64,000 bases of DNA from Centroscyllium fabricii (GCA_051313645.2 JBNRSN020000006.1:46562001-46626000); one strand, 5' to 3'; numbered from the stretch's first letter, positions 11,910 to 25,313 are shown. Program-made: numbers and translations. The notes: generated by a model from the letters alone, not told the origin.

Positions 11910-12365
11910 GTCTGTGGTAGTTATCAGGGAAGGATGAACAGGCTGGGGCTCTTTTCTCTTGAAAAGAGAAGGCTGAGGGGTGACCCAATCGAGGTCTTTA
12001 AAATCATGAAAGATTTGAATAGAGTGGACACAGAGAGAGTCTTTCCACTTGTGGGGAAGAGCAAAACTAGAGGTCATCAATATAAGATAGTCACCAAGAA
12101 ATCAAATAGGGAATTCAGAAGAAACTTCTTTACCCAGAGAGTGGTGATAACATTGGAACTCGCTACCACAGGGAGTGATTAAAGCGAATTGTATAGATGC
12201 TTTTAACGGGAGGTGAGATAAAAATATGAAGGAGAAGGGAATAGAGGGGTACGCTGATAGAGTTTGATGAGGAAAGATGGGAGGAGGCTCGAGTGGAGCA
12301 TGAACACCGGCACGGACTGGGTGGGGCGAATGGCCTGTTTCTGTGTCATATATCCGATGTAATCC
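11910..12365 (+). mobile_element. CR1 3' fragment (opposite orientation, different subfamily)
   Basis: RLGLFSLEKRRLRGDPIEVFKIM..TRGH..RRNFFTQRVV. Confidence 0.85.
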
Positions 12366-12507
12366 TTTGTAGTTATCCGTGCTGGGATGATAAAATAATG
12401 AGATATCTGAGAGTTTACATTAATATAAGGGGATGATTCTAAGGTGCAGGATTGAATTGTAATGCTGGTGCCATCTGCAATATTTCCAGTGCTGATGTGA
12501 GATAATT

Positions 12508-13277
12508 GGGCCAGAATTTTGGGTTTGCCGGTTGGTGGGGAACTAGGAACTAGGATCCCTAACGAACCGCACCAACATCGCACTTTTTTTACTCCCAGCA
12601 TTTCGGCTCGGCTCCGCCCCCTTCCTGCGCAACGTGGCAGTCCAGCCACGCTAGGAGCGCAGTGTATGCCCCGCCCACAGATCCCGAGTCAGACCTTTTA
12701 GAGAGGAGGGATGTGAGGCGCTGCACTCACAGACTCGGCAGTGAGCAGCGCGGCCAGACCAGCTTTTGACCGAAGGTAAGTCAGCGATTTTTTCTCTTAG
12801 TTTTTTAACTTCACTAAATTAGTTAAAAATTTCAGAACTCTAAATTTAAAAATTAACGATTTGCAATAGGTATAGCAATTCCAAATCGGATTTGATTTAA
12901 AAAAAAACTTTAACATCCAAATTTATTGATACCGATCTGGTCACATTGCTCCCCAAAACTGTTAAAACTTAAAATTAAAGGTCAAAAAATAACTTACCTT
13001 GTTTAAAAACACATTTTACTCCGTCACGCACGAGTTACAACTGGTTTTCTCCCGTGCAGCTTGTGGGCCCGTTGCCCACAGAATCACTGACCAAAAATCA
13101 CCCTTTTGGAGCCCAAGTTCTGGGTGCAACTCACTCCTGCGTTTGATGCTGAGGGCCCTTCTCCCTCAGCATCGGAAATCTCGGATCCGTGGGCATCTCC
13201 CGTGCGTTCATCGCACGGGGCATTTTGGACCCGTTCGTGCGTGGGCATCTGGTTTGAGGCACCCGAAATTCTGGCCC
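12508..13277. mobile_element. Harbinger-like non-autonomous TIR element
   Basis: TIR GGGCCAGAATTT / AAATTCTGGCCC; flanks ATT/AAT. Confidence 0.65.
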
Positions 13278-13521
13278 AATGTGAAGTCCTCAGATCACAT
13301 TACCTTCAGGTTGGACAAATAGTGCAGGGGAATTGGGGACAAATAGTAATGGGGAATTGGGGACAAATAGTGTAGGGAATAGGAATACTGAAAATCGGAA
13401 TTGATTTTAGAGCAAGTTTACACTGGTCAATGGGGATTTACTATTTTAGATTAAACAGGTACTGAACCAGGATTTCTGTAATGCATTGGAAAAATAATCA
13501 GGTTAGAAGCAGAGCTAGTGG

Positions 13522-14543
13522 CATTCCCTCTCTAAATCTCTCCGCCTTTCTACCACTCTCTCCAAATTTACGATGCTTCTTAAAACCTACCTCAGGCTTG
13601 GGCTGATAAGTGGCAGGTAACATTCACGCCACAGAAGTGGCAGGCAATGACTATCTCCAACAAGCGATAATCTAACCACCTCCCCTTGACATTCAATGGC
13701 ATAACCATCGCCAAATCCCCTACTATCAACATCCTGGGGGTCACCATTAACCAGAAACTTAACTGGACCAGCCACATAAATACTGTGGCAACAAGAGCAG
13801 GTCAGAGGCTGGGTATTCTGCAGTGACTGTCTCACCTCCTGACTCTCCAAAGCCTTTCCAACATCTACAAGGCACAAGTAAGAAGTGTGATGGAATACTC
13901 TCCACTTGACTGAATGAGTGCAGCTTCAACAACACTCAAGACACTCAACATCATCCATGACAAAGCAGCCCGCTTCATTGGCACCCCATCCACCACCTTA
14001 AACATTCACTCTCTCCACCACCGGCGTACCGTGGCTGCTGTTTATACCATCTACAAGATGCACTGCAGCAACTCACCAAGGCTTCTTCGGCAGCACCTCC
14101 CAAACACACGACATCTTCCATCTAGAAGGACAATGGCAGCAAGCACATGGGAACACCACCACCTCCAAGTTCCCCTCCAAGTCACACACCATCCTGACTT
14201 GGAAGTATATCGCCGATCCTTCATCGTCGCTGGGTGAAAATCCTGGAACTCCCTACCTAACAGCACCGTGGGAGTACCATCACCACGCGGGCTGCAGCGG
14301 TTCAAGAACGCGGCTCACCACAAGCTTCTCGAGGGCAATTAGGGATGGGCAATAAATGCTGGCCTTGCCAGCGACGCCCACATCCCATAAATGAATTTTA
14401 AAAAACAAGCTTTTGGTGACCTGCCTTAATATCTCCTTATGTGGCTCGGTGTCAAATGTTGTTTTATAACACTCCTGTGAACCGCCTTGGGGCGTTTTAC
14501 TACATTAAAGACGCTATATAAATACACATTGCTGTTGCTGTTG
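13522..14543 (+). mobile_element. L2-like 3' remnant interrupted by a Zenon-like CR1
   Basis: CTTAAAACCTACCT...GCTATATAAAT..(TGTTG) L2-type tail split by the insert. Confidence 0.55.
13592..14405 (+). mobile_element. CR1-group (Zenon-like) LINE 3' fragment
   Basis: YKAQVRSVMEYSP..MSAA.TTL..L..I.DKAAR.IG; 3' end GGGCAATTAGGGATGGGCAATAAATGC; four copies in the window. Confidence 0.75.
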
Positions 14544-15074
14544 ATAGGCATGGGCAGAACAGTAATCTGAAAGCTATCAAAAGTGTTGATTTAACTTTGG
14601 GTGATGAGCGCTCCAAGCCAATTTTGTTAGAAATCTGCAAGACATCAACTGGGAACTGTTAAACGCCAGAGGAATAAAACATGCAAACAAAATAGAATGA
14701 ATTAAGAAGTACAACACGAAAAGGCAGTTAAAGTAAAATGTGGGATGAGATCTTTCAGAAGTGGAAGCTGAATCTGTGGAGTTGATGGAGTCCTGCAATT
14801 TGAGTCAGTGAGGGTGAAATTCAAAACAAGGCAAGACAGGCAGGAAGATAACTCAGACGGTGTATAACGGGCTGGGGATCTGCTGTTGCCTATTTTGCAC
14901 CCCTGCCAAAGTTGAATGTCACTCTTGGTACGTTAGAGGGTGAGAGTAAAAGCCATGATTGGTCCAGGGTATGGGAACGGTTTTATGAGAGTGGAATTTA
15001 CAATTTGCATTTCTCTGAACTCTGCTTATTCATGTAAGAAGTCACAGGTTATATTCCAACAGTTTTATTTGAAA

Positions 15075-15111
15075 TCACAAGCTTTCGGAGCGCAGCTCCT
15101 TCCTCAGGTGA
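15075..15111 (-). ncRNA. Minimal type I hammerhead ribozyme motif (Penelope-associated)
   Basis: UCAC-CUGAGGA-A-GGAGC-UGC-GCUCC-GAAA-GC-UU-GUGA: stem I, core, stem II and palindromic stem III all present. Confidence 0.75.
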
Positions 15112-15319
15112 AGTCGAGAGATGCCTATAAACATAGCATATATAGTCGGAGAACAATGCTGGATGATTACAGGTAATCTTTTCAACTGTCCTTCATCACA
15201 GCTCTGTTTGTGGTGTGATGAAGGGCAGTTGGAAAGATTACCTGTAATCATCCAGCATTGTTCTCCGACTATATATGTTGTGTTTATAGGCACCTCTCAA
15301 CTTCACCTGAGGAAGGAGC

Positions 15320-16413
15320 TGTCACAGGGTGCCTGTCCCTTTAAGGTTTCAAAGACAGCTTGGTTGTGTGCAGCACAGCTGTATTGAGGACTTGTTCCCC
15401 TGTTATTCTATTATCTTATCGATTATCTGTTTCACTTGCCTGTGTGTCCCTGTTCTCGTTGCCTGCAGCTTATTGGCTAATACCAAATGATCTGTTTGCC
15501 GGTTTGGCTCATAAGCTGGAGGTCTTGACGAGACAGGTGCGGGATCATTAGCTAGATTCATTGGATTGAATTGAATTTCTTCAAACTACTGGAAGAGCTG
15601 GTTGCTGCTCTGAGCTGCTGGAGAGGCAATGGGTTTGGGAGTTCAATCGCTCAGCCTGGACATTGCACTCTGCTACCTGAAGCTCAGGCTTGGACATTCA
15701 TCTGTCGAGTAAGGGCGTCCCCCTGCTAGTGGATCAGGTATTCTCTTCCTCAGAAGACTCCGTGGGAGTGAGTCTCGACCGCAGGGCGGACTCGGAAGAG
15801 ATCCAGTATCTACTCCTTGGACATTTGGTCATTATCACCCGAACTCAGGTTTGGACGTTGCTGTAGGGTATGTGAGGAGTCCCAAGGATTAAGGATGGAT
15901 TCTCCTTCTGAAAACTCCGAGAGAGTTGGGTTCCTGCTGTTGTGCGGACCCTGGGAGAGTTCCAGTACTAAGGATGGATTCTCCTTCTGAAAACTCCGGG
16001 AGAGATGGGTCCCAGCTGTAGGGCGGACTCTGGGAGAGACCCATTACTTATCCAGGACATTGCTTGCACCCACCTGTATTCAGGTTTTGGACATGTATTC
16101 CTCTAGTCAATGATGCGCTTGGCTGCGTAGCATTCCTCTACTCAATGGTGCGCTTGACTGCGTAGCATTCCACACAACTTTGGGAAGTTTGGTGCCAGTT
16201 CCGAAGGGAACTTGTTTTCTTTCTCTATCTCTGTATTTTTGTAACTGTATGAAGCTTGTGCCAGTCTTTAGCAAAGACTTGTTTAGATGTGTATATATAT
16301 TTGTGTATGAATGCATTTATTGGGTTTTCGGTAATCTGTTTATATTAAAGGAGTTTTGCTCTAGAAAGACGTTTCAGTGTCTCTGCATTTGGGCCCCACC
16401 ACATTCCGTTACA
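15320..16413. mobile_element. Solo LTR (~1.1 kb) with internal tandem repeats
   Basis: TGTCAC...GTTACA termini; 5-bp TSD GGAGC; ATTAAA near 16343; ~80-bp internal repeat units. Confidence 0.8.
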
Positions 16414-16850
16414 GGAGCAGCGCTCCGAAAGCTTGTGATGTCAAATAAAACTGTTGGAATATAACCTGGTGTTGTGTGACTTCTTACATTTGTCCACCGC
16501 AGTCCAACACCGGCACCTCCACATCCTGTTTATTCATGCCCACATTATGATCCAAAAATGTTATCTTTACATGTGCTGTGACTGAGAGTAATGGGCCACA
16601 GGATGGAGAATTATCCTTTTACCATAATATTTTTACTGGCGATTTGTTAGACTGCCTACCAAATAATCCAGTCCAAAAGGCATAAAACATCAAACATTTA
16701 TACCGTACAGTTCAAGTTGTTGAAATAATTTGCAAGGATTATAATTACTTTGAAACAAAAGAATATAACCTGGGCGGCATGGTGGCACAGTGGTTAGCAC
16801 TGTTGTCTCACAGCACTGGAGACCCGGGTTCAAATCCAGCCTCGGGTACT

Positions 16851-19800
16851 ATTCAATTCAATTCAATTCAATTCAAATAGCTTTATTGGCATGAATGGTA
16901 TCAACCTTTGTTGCCAAAGCATTGTAACATACATAAAAATACATTAGTCGAGCATTGTAACATACATATAAATAATACATTATTAGACGTAATAACAACA
17001 GTACTAACAGAGTATATATAACCGCATCCGTAGTAATATCAATAGATATATAGCTTAAATGCAGTTTCAAACAATATCACAGTCAATGTTGGTCATTTTC
17101 TGCCTGTGTGTGTGTGCATGTGTGCATGTTGGTCAATCATTGTCCCTCAGGTTGTGGCATGCTGTTACGTATTGTGCACCAAGCTGTGCCCTGTCTCCTT
17201 CGCCAAGGATTATTTTTAGTTTTAAGGTATCATCTAATTCTTTGAAATCTGGGATTTCTAGGCCCAGTTTGTCAAAGTATGATTTCCTTGTTTTTTCGAA
17301 TTTTTTGCAATTTAGGAGGAAGTGCATCTCTGTTTCAACCTCATCCGTCAAGCAGTGACCGCATATTCTATTTTCTCTTGGCTGCCAGGATTTCTTCTGT
17401 CTTCCTTTTTTGACTGCCAACTGGTGGTCACTTAGTCTGTACCTGGTGAGGGTCTGTCTCTGCTTTATATTTCTGACAGTTGAAAGATAGTCTGCCAATT
17501 TATAGTCTCTTTCTAGGGAACGGTAGCATTCTAGTCTGCATTGGTTTTTTGTTGCTTTTTCCCAATGTTCCAAATATTTTTCTTTGCATTTTTTGATAAT
17601 TTGGTTCACTCTAATTGGTGTTTGGAAAACAGTGTTGATCTGAGACTGGTCAAGGTTTGACTGGGTAGGGGTAGTTAGTCTCAGCACCAACTGACACAGG
17701 GGACTCTTTTCTGGGTTCCGCTCTTGGGTTTGGAGTGCTTTAAACTGGAGGGAGTCTGGGTGGCTAGATTTAAGGTGATTCCAAAAATTTAATATTCTTT
17801 TTTGGATATTTATGATCAGTGGGTATCTGCCTAGTTCCGCCCTACATGCGTTTGTTGGTGTTTTCCTTTGGGTGCGGAGGATGCTCCGGCAAAATTCCGC
17901 ATGTAGGGCCTCCATTGTGTGTTTTTCCCATTTGGCATAGCTATGATGGCTGAGCGAACCCCACACTTCACTACCATAAAGCGCAATGGGTTGGATTACG
18001 CTATCAAATATTTTAAGCCAGATTTTAATTGGGATTTGGATGTTGTAGAATTTTCTTTTGATTGCATACATAGCCCTTCGAGCTTTCTCTTTTAGTGCAT
18101 TCACTGCCATGCTGAAGCTCCCTGATGCTGTAATGGTTAGACCAAGGTAAGTGTAGCTCATGGTGTGTTCGATAATGGTATCCTTAAGGGTGAATTTGTA
18201 TTTGTCTTCCTGACATCTGTTTTTTTTTTGAAAAATCATGATGTTTGTTTTCTTTAGATTTACTGTCAAGGCCCAGTTTTGGCAGTACTCATCGAGTAGA
18301 TCTAACTGTTGCTGCAGTCCCTGTTCTGTGGGAGACAGCAAAACCAGGTCATCCGCATAGAACAGTGATTTTACCTCTCCGTCTAGAAGACGGAGGCCCG
18401 GCGCTGTGCTCTGTTCTAGTTTTGCTGACAAATCGTTTATATATATATATTAAACAGTGTCGGGCTCAGATTGCAGCCTTGTCGGACGCCTCTCCCCTGG
18501 GTGAAGAGACCAGTGCATTTGTCCCCAATTTTAACCCTACATTTATTGTTCAGATACATTGATTTGATGAGGTCGTATACCTTTCCTCCTATACCGCAAT
18601 GGAGAAGTTTGTAGTAGAGCCCTTCATGCCAGATAGAGTCAAATGCTTTCTTAAAATCAATAAAGCAGGCGAATATTTTACCATTTTTTACTTGGTGTAT
18701 ATGTTTTCCGATGAGAGTGTGAAGGGTATGGATATGGTCAGTGGTGCGGTGTTTCGGGAGGAAGCCAATTTGGTTTTTACTGAGGATATTATGTTCGCTG
18801 AGGAAATCCTGCATTCTACTATTTATAATACTGCAGAATAGCTTTCCTAGGCAACTACTGACACATATGCCGCGGTAATTGTTTGGTTCTGATTTGTTTC
18901 CGCTCTTAGAAATGGGCGAGATAAGCCCTTGACACCAGATATCTGGAAAATCGCCTGAACGTAATATGAGGTTGAATATCCTGAGCACTGCGTCCTGCAT
19001 CTCCGGAGTGCTGTACTGGAGCATTTCATTTTTGATGTTGTCTGTGCCACAGGCTTTCTTTGGGTGGAGAGATTTTACTTTTGTGGCCAGTTCTTTCGAA
19101 GTAATAGGGAAGTCGAGGGGGGTTTGGTAGTCTTTAATGGTTGTTTCTAATGCTTGGAGTTTTTCTTTGATATGGGAGTAGTTTGGGTTTATTTTGTTTA
19201 TTGGGATGTCTTTATAAAGGTTTTCAAAATGTGCTCTCCAGATGTCACCATCTTGAATTGGTAATGTTTGTGGTTTTGTTGTGCTCAGGTTATTCCACAT
19301 GTCCCAGAATTGGTTTTGATCTATGGAGTTTTCAATCTCTTCAAGTCTTTTGTGGGTGTAGTTTTGTTTTTTGTTCCTAGTAGTGTGTTTATATTTTTTG
19401 AGAGTTTTATTATATCTAATACGCAAGTCTGGGTTGTTTGGTTGGTGGTGTTTTTGGTTTGATAACCTTCTCAGGTCTTTTCTGACACTTTTGCACTCGT
19501 GGTCGAACCATTTTTCATGGTTGTATTTTTTTTAAATTATTTTTCTTTGCTGTTTCACAAGGTCAGCTTTAATAGCTGCCCTGTGGAAGATCGTGTTGAT
19601 ATCATCTATGGCCATGTTTACACCATCTCTGGTAGTCTCATATAGGTTTGTCCTGAGTTTCGATATTTTATTTGCGAGGTCCGGTGTATTCAGGGCCATG
19701 GTGAACTTTTCTCCACTGTCTGGGGCCCATCTTATGCCTGATTTATTTTATACAGCTTTCTGGGCTCTTTTTTTATGTCTTTAGTTTGAACAGAAGACTT

Positions 19801-20548
19801 TAGGTACACATTGATTTGGCTATGGTCTGAGAGAGGGGATTGCTGCCTGACAGTGAATGCACTGATAGTACAGGGGTCCATGTCAGTGATTGCATAGTCC
19901 ACCACACTAGACCCAAGAGCTGAGGAATATGTGAACCTCCCCTGCGAGTCCCCTCTGATCCTACCATTAACTATGTACAGGCCTAAGGCTCGACAGAGAT
20001 GCACTACTTCTCTGCCACTTTTATTTATTTCACAGTCAAGGTTGTTCCGGTTGGTGATGGTTGGTGTGACGTACAAGGGGGTTTGACCGAACACATGGTT
20101 GTTGCCATGTGGGTCTATGTAATCGGGTTCACATCCGGTCCTCGCATTCAGGTCCCCACATAGTAGTACATTTCCCTGGGCCTGGAAATGGTTGATCTCC
20201 GTGTGGAGAGTTTCAAATATATCTTCTACAAAGTACGGCGATTCTACTGGGGGTATGTAAACTGCACATAGGTATATATCCTTTCCAGTTATTCCAATTT
20301 TTTAATCTAATTTCAGCCACATATGTGACTTTCCCTGTTTTATTGATGTGATGTGACTGTCTAGTTCTCCTTTGTACCACACCAAGACACCCCCGGAGGT
20401 TCTGCCCTTACGTATATTAGTAGTTTTTATCAAGGGCACCATGATTTCATGATATCCTGAGGGGCATTGAGTGGTTGTATCTTTTCGGCACCATGTTTCT
20501 GTTAGTATCATTATATCAGTGTCTTCTATGGATTTTAGGAAATCAGGG
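16851..20548 (-). mobile_element. RTEX-like LINE: near-complete ORF2 (AP endonuclease, RT, C-terminal Cys/His), (ATTGA)n tail
   Basis: ILTETW, GDLNARTG, SSVVDY, SDH endonuclease motifs; NYRGI, DFKKAFD, GVRQG, YADD; NACRAELGRYP; CGHC..E.HFLLNC; a few stops and frameshifts. Confidence 0.8.
17133..19426 (-). pseudogene. RT portion of RTEX ORF2, frameshifted at ~18435
   Basis: ORFs 18437-19426 and 17133-18431 are consecutive RT segments. Confidence 0.85.
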
Positions 20549-20879
20549 TATCTGTGTGGAGTTTGCACATTCTCCCCGTGTCTGCGTGGGTTTCCTCCGG
20601 GTGCTCCGGTTTCCTCCCACAGTCCAAAGATGTGCGGGTTAGGTTGATTGGCCATGATAAATTGACCCTTAGTGTTAGGGGGATTGAATATGTGGGGTTA
20701 CGGGGATAGGGTGGGATATGTGTCAGTGCAGGTTCGATAGGGATCGAGGGATATGGGGAGAGGGCAGGGGTAGGGTGCTGGGTTTGGATGATCAGCCATG
20801 ATCTCATTGAATGGCGGAGCAGGCTCGAAGGGCCGAATGGCCTACTCCTGCTCCTAGTTTCTATGTTTCTATAACGACA

Positions 20880-21310
20880 ATAACAAGAACTTGTATTTAT
20901 ATAGTTTCTTCCACAAAGAAAAATATCCCACGGTGCTTTACTGGGGTGTAATTGGACAAAAACGGGCACTGAGGCACAGGAGGGGAAATTGGGGGAGGGC
21001 TGACAAACAGCTTGGTTAATGAGCCAGGCTTTGAGGAGGGTCTTAAAGGAGGAGAGGGAGGTGGAGAGGCGGAGAGGTTTAGAGAGAGAATTGCAGAACG
21101 TGATACGTAAATGACAAACAACATGGGATCTGGGTTAGGGCAGGTGGTAGCCTGGGGGAGCTCGGGCTTTGGTGGTTAAGGGGAAGGGGAGAGCAGCTGA
21201 ACAGGTGTTCTCAATCGTAATGGCAAAGAGGGCCCATGAGCTCATCACACTTGTTGGTGGAGGTGAGAGTGGGGGCAGCAGGGGAAAGGGGTTTCAAAGA
21301 CAGCAGTGGA
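20880..21310 (-). mobile_element. L2-like fragments
   Basis: Inverse L2-type tail (ACTTGTATTTATATAG), similar to 13522-14543. Confidence 0.5.
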
Positions 21311-21329
21311 GTAAAGAATCCGGGGGGTC

Positions 21330-21892
21330 ATTTTAAAAAATTTGTTCCTGGAATGTGGGCGTCGCTGGCAAGGCCAGCATTTAATGACCATCCCTAATTG
21401 CCCTTTGGAAGGTGGTGTTGAGCCTCCTTCTTGAAGCACTGCAGTCCATGAGTGCCACAGTGCTGTTAGGGAGGGTGTTCCAGGATCCAGCAATGGAGTA
21501 ATGGTGATATATTTCCAAGTCAGGATGGTGTGTGACTTGGAGGGGAACTTGGAGGTGGTGGCGTTCCCTTGCGCCTGCTGCCCTTGTCCTTCTAGGTGGA
21601 AGAGGTTGCGGGTTTGGGAGGTGCTGTCGAGGAAGCCTTGGCGAGTTGCTGCAGTGCATCTTGTAAATGGTACACACTGCAGCCATGGTATGCTGGTGGT
21701 GGAGGGAGTGAATGTTTAAGGTAGTGGATGGGGTGCCAATGAAGCGGGCTGCTTTGTCCTGGATGGTGTTGAGCGTCTTGAGTGCTGTTGGAGCTGCACT
21801 CATCCAGGCAAGTGGAGAATATTCCATCACACTCCTAACTTGTGCCTTGTAGTTGTTGGAAAGGCTTTGGGCAGTCAGGAGGTGAGACACTC
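21330..21892 (-). mobile_element. Zenon-like CR1 3' fragment
   Basis: YKAQVRSVMEYSPLAWMSAAPT; same tail as 13592-14405. Confidence 0.75.
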
Positions 21893-23605
21893 AATGAATC
21901 ATAGAATCATAGAATGGTTACAGCATGGAAGAAGGCCATTCGGCCTGTCGAGCCCATGCCGCCATTCCCACCCTGCCGCCCATTCCCCATAACCTTGCAA
22001 TTTTTTTCCCTTCTGATACTTATCTGACTCCCTTTTGAAAGATAAGATTGTGTCTGCCTCCACCACCCTTTCAGGAAGTGCATTCCAGATTTTAACAACT
22101 TGCTGCGTAAAAAGGTTTTTTCTTACGTCGCCTTTGGTTCTTTTGCCAACCACCTTAAATCTGTGTCCTCTGGTTCTTGACCCTTCTGCCAATGGGAACA
22201 GTTTCTCTCTCTCTACTCTGTTCAGACCCCTCATGACTTTGAATATCTCTGTCAAGTCTCCTTTCAATTTTCTCTGATTCAAGGAGAACGACCACAGCTT
22301 CTCCAGTCTATCAACGTAACTGAAGTCCCTCATACCTGGAATCATTCACGTAAATCTTTTCTGCACCCTCTCTAAGGCCTTCACAACTTTCCTAAAGTCT
22401 GGTGCCTAGAATTGGACACAGTACTCCAGTTGGGGCCGAACCAGTGTTTTATACAGGTTCATCATAATATCCACACTTTTGTACTCTATACCTCTATTTA
22501 TGAAGCCCATGATCCCGTAAGCCTTTTTAACTGCTTTCTCAACCTGCCCTGCCACCTTCAATGATTTGTGCACATATACCCCCAGGTCTCTCAATTCATG
22601 CACCCAGTTTAGGATTGTACCCTTTAGTTTATATGTCCTCTCCTCATTCTTTCTACCAAAATGTATCATTTCACACTTTTCTGCGTTAAATTTCATCTGC
22701 CACGCGCCCGCCCATTCCACCAACCTGTCTATGTCTCTCTTGAAGTCCATCACTATCCTCCTCACTCCAAGTTTTGCGTCATCTGCAAATTTTTTAATTA
22801 CGCCCTGTACACCCACATCCAAGTCATTAATATATATCAAGAAAAGCAGTGGTCCTGGAACCGGCCCCTGGGGAACACCACTGTACACCTTCCTCCAATC
22901 CGAAAACCAACCGTTCACCACTACTCTCTGTCTCCGTTCACTTAGCCAATTCCATATCCTTGCTGCCACTGTCCCCTTTATTCCATGGCCTTCAACTTTG
23001 CAGGCAAGCCTATTATGTGGCACTTTATGAAATGCCTTTTGGAAGTCCATGTACACTACGTCAACCACATTGCCCTCATCAACACTCTCTGTTACCTCAT
23101 CAAAAAACTCAATCAAGTGAGTTAAACACAATTTGCCTTTAACAGATCCATACTGGCTTTCCTTAACTAATCCACACCTATCCAAGTGACTGTTACTTTT
23201 GTCCCTGATTACTGTTTCTAAAAGCTTCCTCACTACCAAGGTTAATCTGACTGGCCTTTAATTGCTGGGTCTATCTTTACACCCTTTTTTGAACAATGGT
23301 GTAACATTTGCAATTCTCCAGGCCTCTGGCACCACCCCCCTATCTATGGAGGATTGGAATATCATGGCCAGTACCTCCGCGATTTCCGCCCTCAATGCCC
23401 TCAGCATCCTAGGATGCATCCCAACTGGTCCTGGTGACTTATCTACTTTAAGTACAGCCAGCCTTTCTAATAACTCTTCTTTATCAATTGTTATACTATC
23501 AAGTGTCTCCATTACCTCCTCCTTCACTATGTCTATGGAATTATCCTCTTCCTTGGTGAAGATAGATGCCAACTACTCATTTAGCACACCAGCCATACCC
23601 TCTGC

Positions 23606-24162
23606 TGTAATGATACATGTCAGGAAGGATGTTCTTGCCATTGAAGGAGTGCAGTGATGATTCACCCGTCTGATACCTGGGATGGCAGGAATGATGTATG
23701 GGGAGAGATTGCGTCGATTGGGCTTATACTCACTGGAGTTCAGACGATTGAGAGGGGATCTCATCGAAACCTATAAAATTCTGTCAGGCCTGGACAGGCT
23801 GGAGGCAGGAATGATGTTCCCGATGGTCGGGGAGTCCAGAACCAGGGGCCATAGTCTAAGGATAAGGGGAAAACCATTTAGGACTGAGATGAGGGGGAAT
23901 TTCTTCACCCAGAGAGTGGTGAACCTGTGGAATTCTCTGCCTCAGAGGGCGGTGGAGGCCGGTTCATTGAATATATTCAAGAAGGAGTTGGATATATTTC
24001 TTCAGGCTGAAGGGATCAAGGGATATGGGGAGAAATCAGGGACAGGGTACTGAATCTGAAAGATCAGTCATGATCTAATTGAATGGCGGAGCAGGCTCGA
24101 AGGGCCGAATGGCCTACTCCTGCTCCTATCTTCTATGTTTCTATGTCATAATGAACATAACA
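23606..24162 (+). mobile_element. TG...CA-bounded insert with 5-bp TSD, made of LTR-like stubs around a CR1 3' fragment (23621-24146)
   Basis: TCTGC|TGTAATGATACATGT-[CR1 3' end]-CATAATGAACATAACA|TCTGC. Confidence 0.7.
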
Positions 24163-24909
24163 TCTGCCTCCATGCATAGGTCTCCTTTTTGGTCCCTAAT
24201 CGGCCCCACCCCTCCTCTTATTGCCCTTTTGCTATTTATATGCCTGTAGAAGACTTTTGGATTACTGTTTATGTTGGCCGCCATTCTATTCTCGTACCCT
24301 CTCTTTGTCCCTCTTATTTTCTTTTTCACTTCTCCTCTGACTTTTCTGTATATAGCCTCATTCTCAGAGGTATTTGCAACCTAACATCTGTCATACACAC
24401 TCTTTTTCTGCTTCATCATATTGGCTATCTGTTTCATCAACCAGGAAGCCTTGACTTTAGTTGCCCTACTTTTCCCTCTCATGGGAATGTACCTTGACTG
24501 TAACCAAACTATTTCCTCTTTAAAGGCAGCCCATTGTTCGATTACAGTTGTGTCTGCCAATCTTTGATTCCAGTTTACCCAGACCAGATCCGTTCTCATC
24601 CCACTGAAATTGGCCTTCCCCCAGTTAAACATTCTTACTTTAGATTGCTCCCTGTCCTTCTCCATAGCTAATCTAAACCTTAGGATATTATGATCACTGT
24701 CCCCTAAATGTTCACCTACTGACACTTGCTCTACTTGGCCTACCTCCTTCCCCAGAACCAGATCCAGCAATGCCTCCTCCCTCGTCGGCCCAGAAACATA
24801 CTGATCAAGAAAGTTCCCCTGAACACACTTCAGAAATTCTTCCCCTTCTCTGCCCTTAACTTTATTATGATCCCAGTCTATATTAGAATAGTTGAAGTCC
24901 CCCAATATT

Positions 24910-25313
24910 ACATAGAAACATAGAAACATAGAAGATAGGAGCAGGAGTAGGCCATTCGGCCCTTCGAGCCTGCTCCGCCATTCAATGAGATCATGGCCTA
25001 TCATCCAAACCCAGTACCCTGTCCCTGCCTTGTCCCCATATCCCTCTCGAGCCTGCACCAACACATATCCCACCCTATCCCCGTAACCCCACATATTCAA
25101 TCACCCTAACACTAAGGGTCAATTTATCATGGCCAATCAACCTAACCCGCACATCTTTGGACTGTGGGAGGAAACCGGAGCACCCGGAGGAAAGCCACGC
25201 AGACACGGGGAGAATGTGCAAACTGCACAGAGATAGTACCCGAGGCTGGATTTGAACCCGGGTCTCCAGTGCTGTAAGGCAACAGTGCTAACCACTGTGC
25301 CACCGTGCCGCCC
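24910..25313 (-). mobile_element. V-SINE (HE1-like) inserted in CR1
   Basis: Reverse complement of the family consensus. Confidence 0.88.

Larger units (their letters stand above)
15035..16525 (+). mobile_element. Penelope-like element: inverted pseudo-LTR palindrome plus 3' tail, interrupted by a solo LTR
   Basis: ~170-bp inverted arms, hammerhead cores, 13-bp TSD CTG(C/T)TTATTCATG at 15022-15034 and 16526-16538. Confidence 0.8.
16771..20872 (+). mobile_element. V-SINE split by an RTEX insertion (head 16771-16850, remainder ~20549-20872)
   Basis: The two halves join to the same consensus (CCTCGGGTACTA|TCTGTGTGGAG). Confidence 0.85.

Noticed and set aside
11360-12365. Twin-priming inversion of a single CR1
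   Set aside because: The two halves cover overlapping ORF2 regions and have different 3' UTRs, so they are independent insertions.
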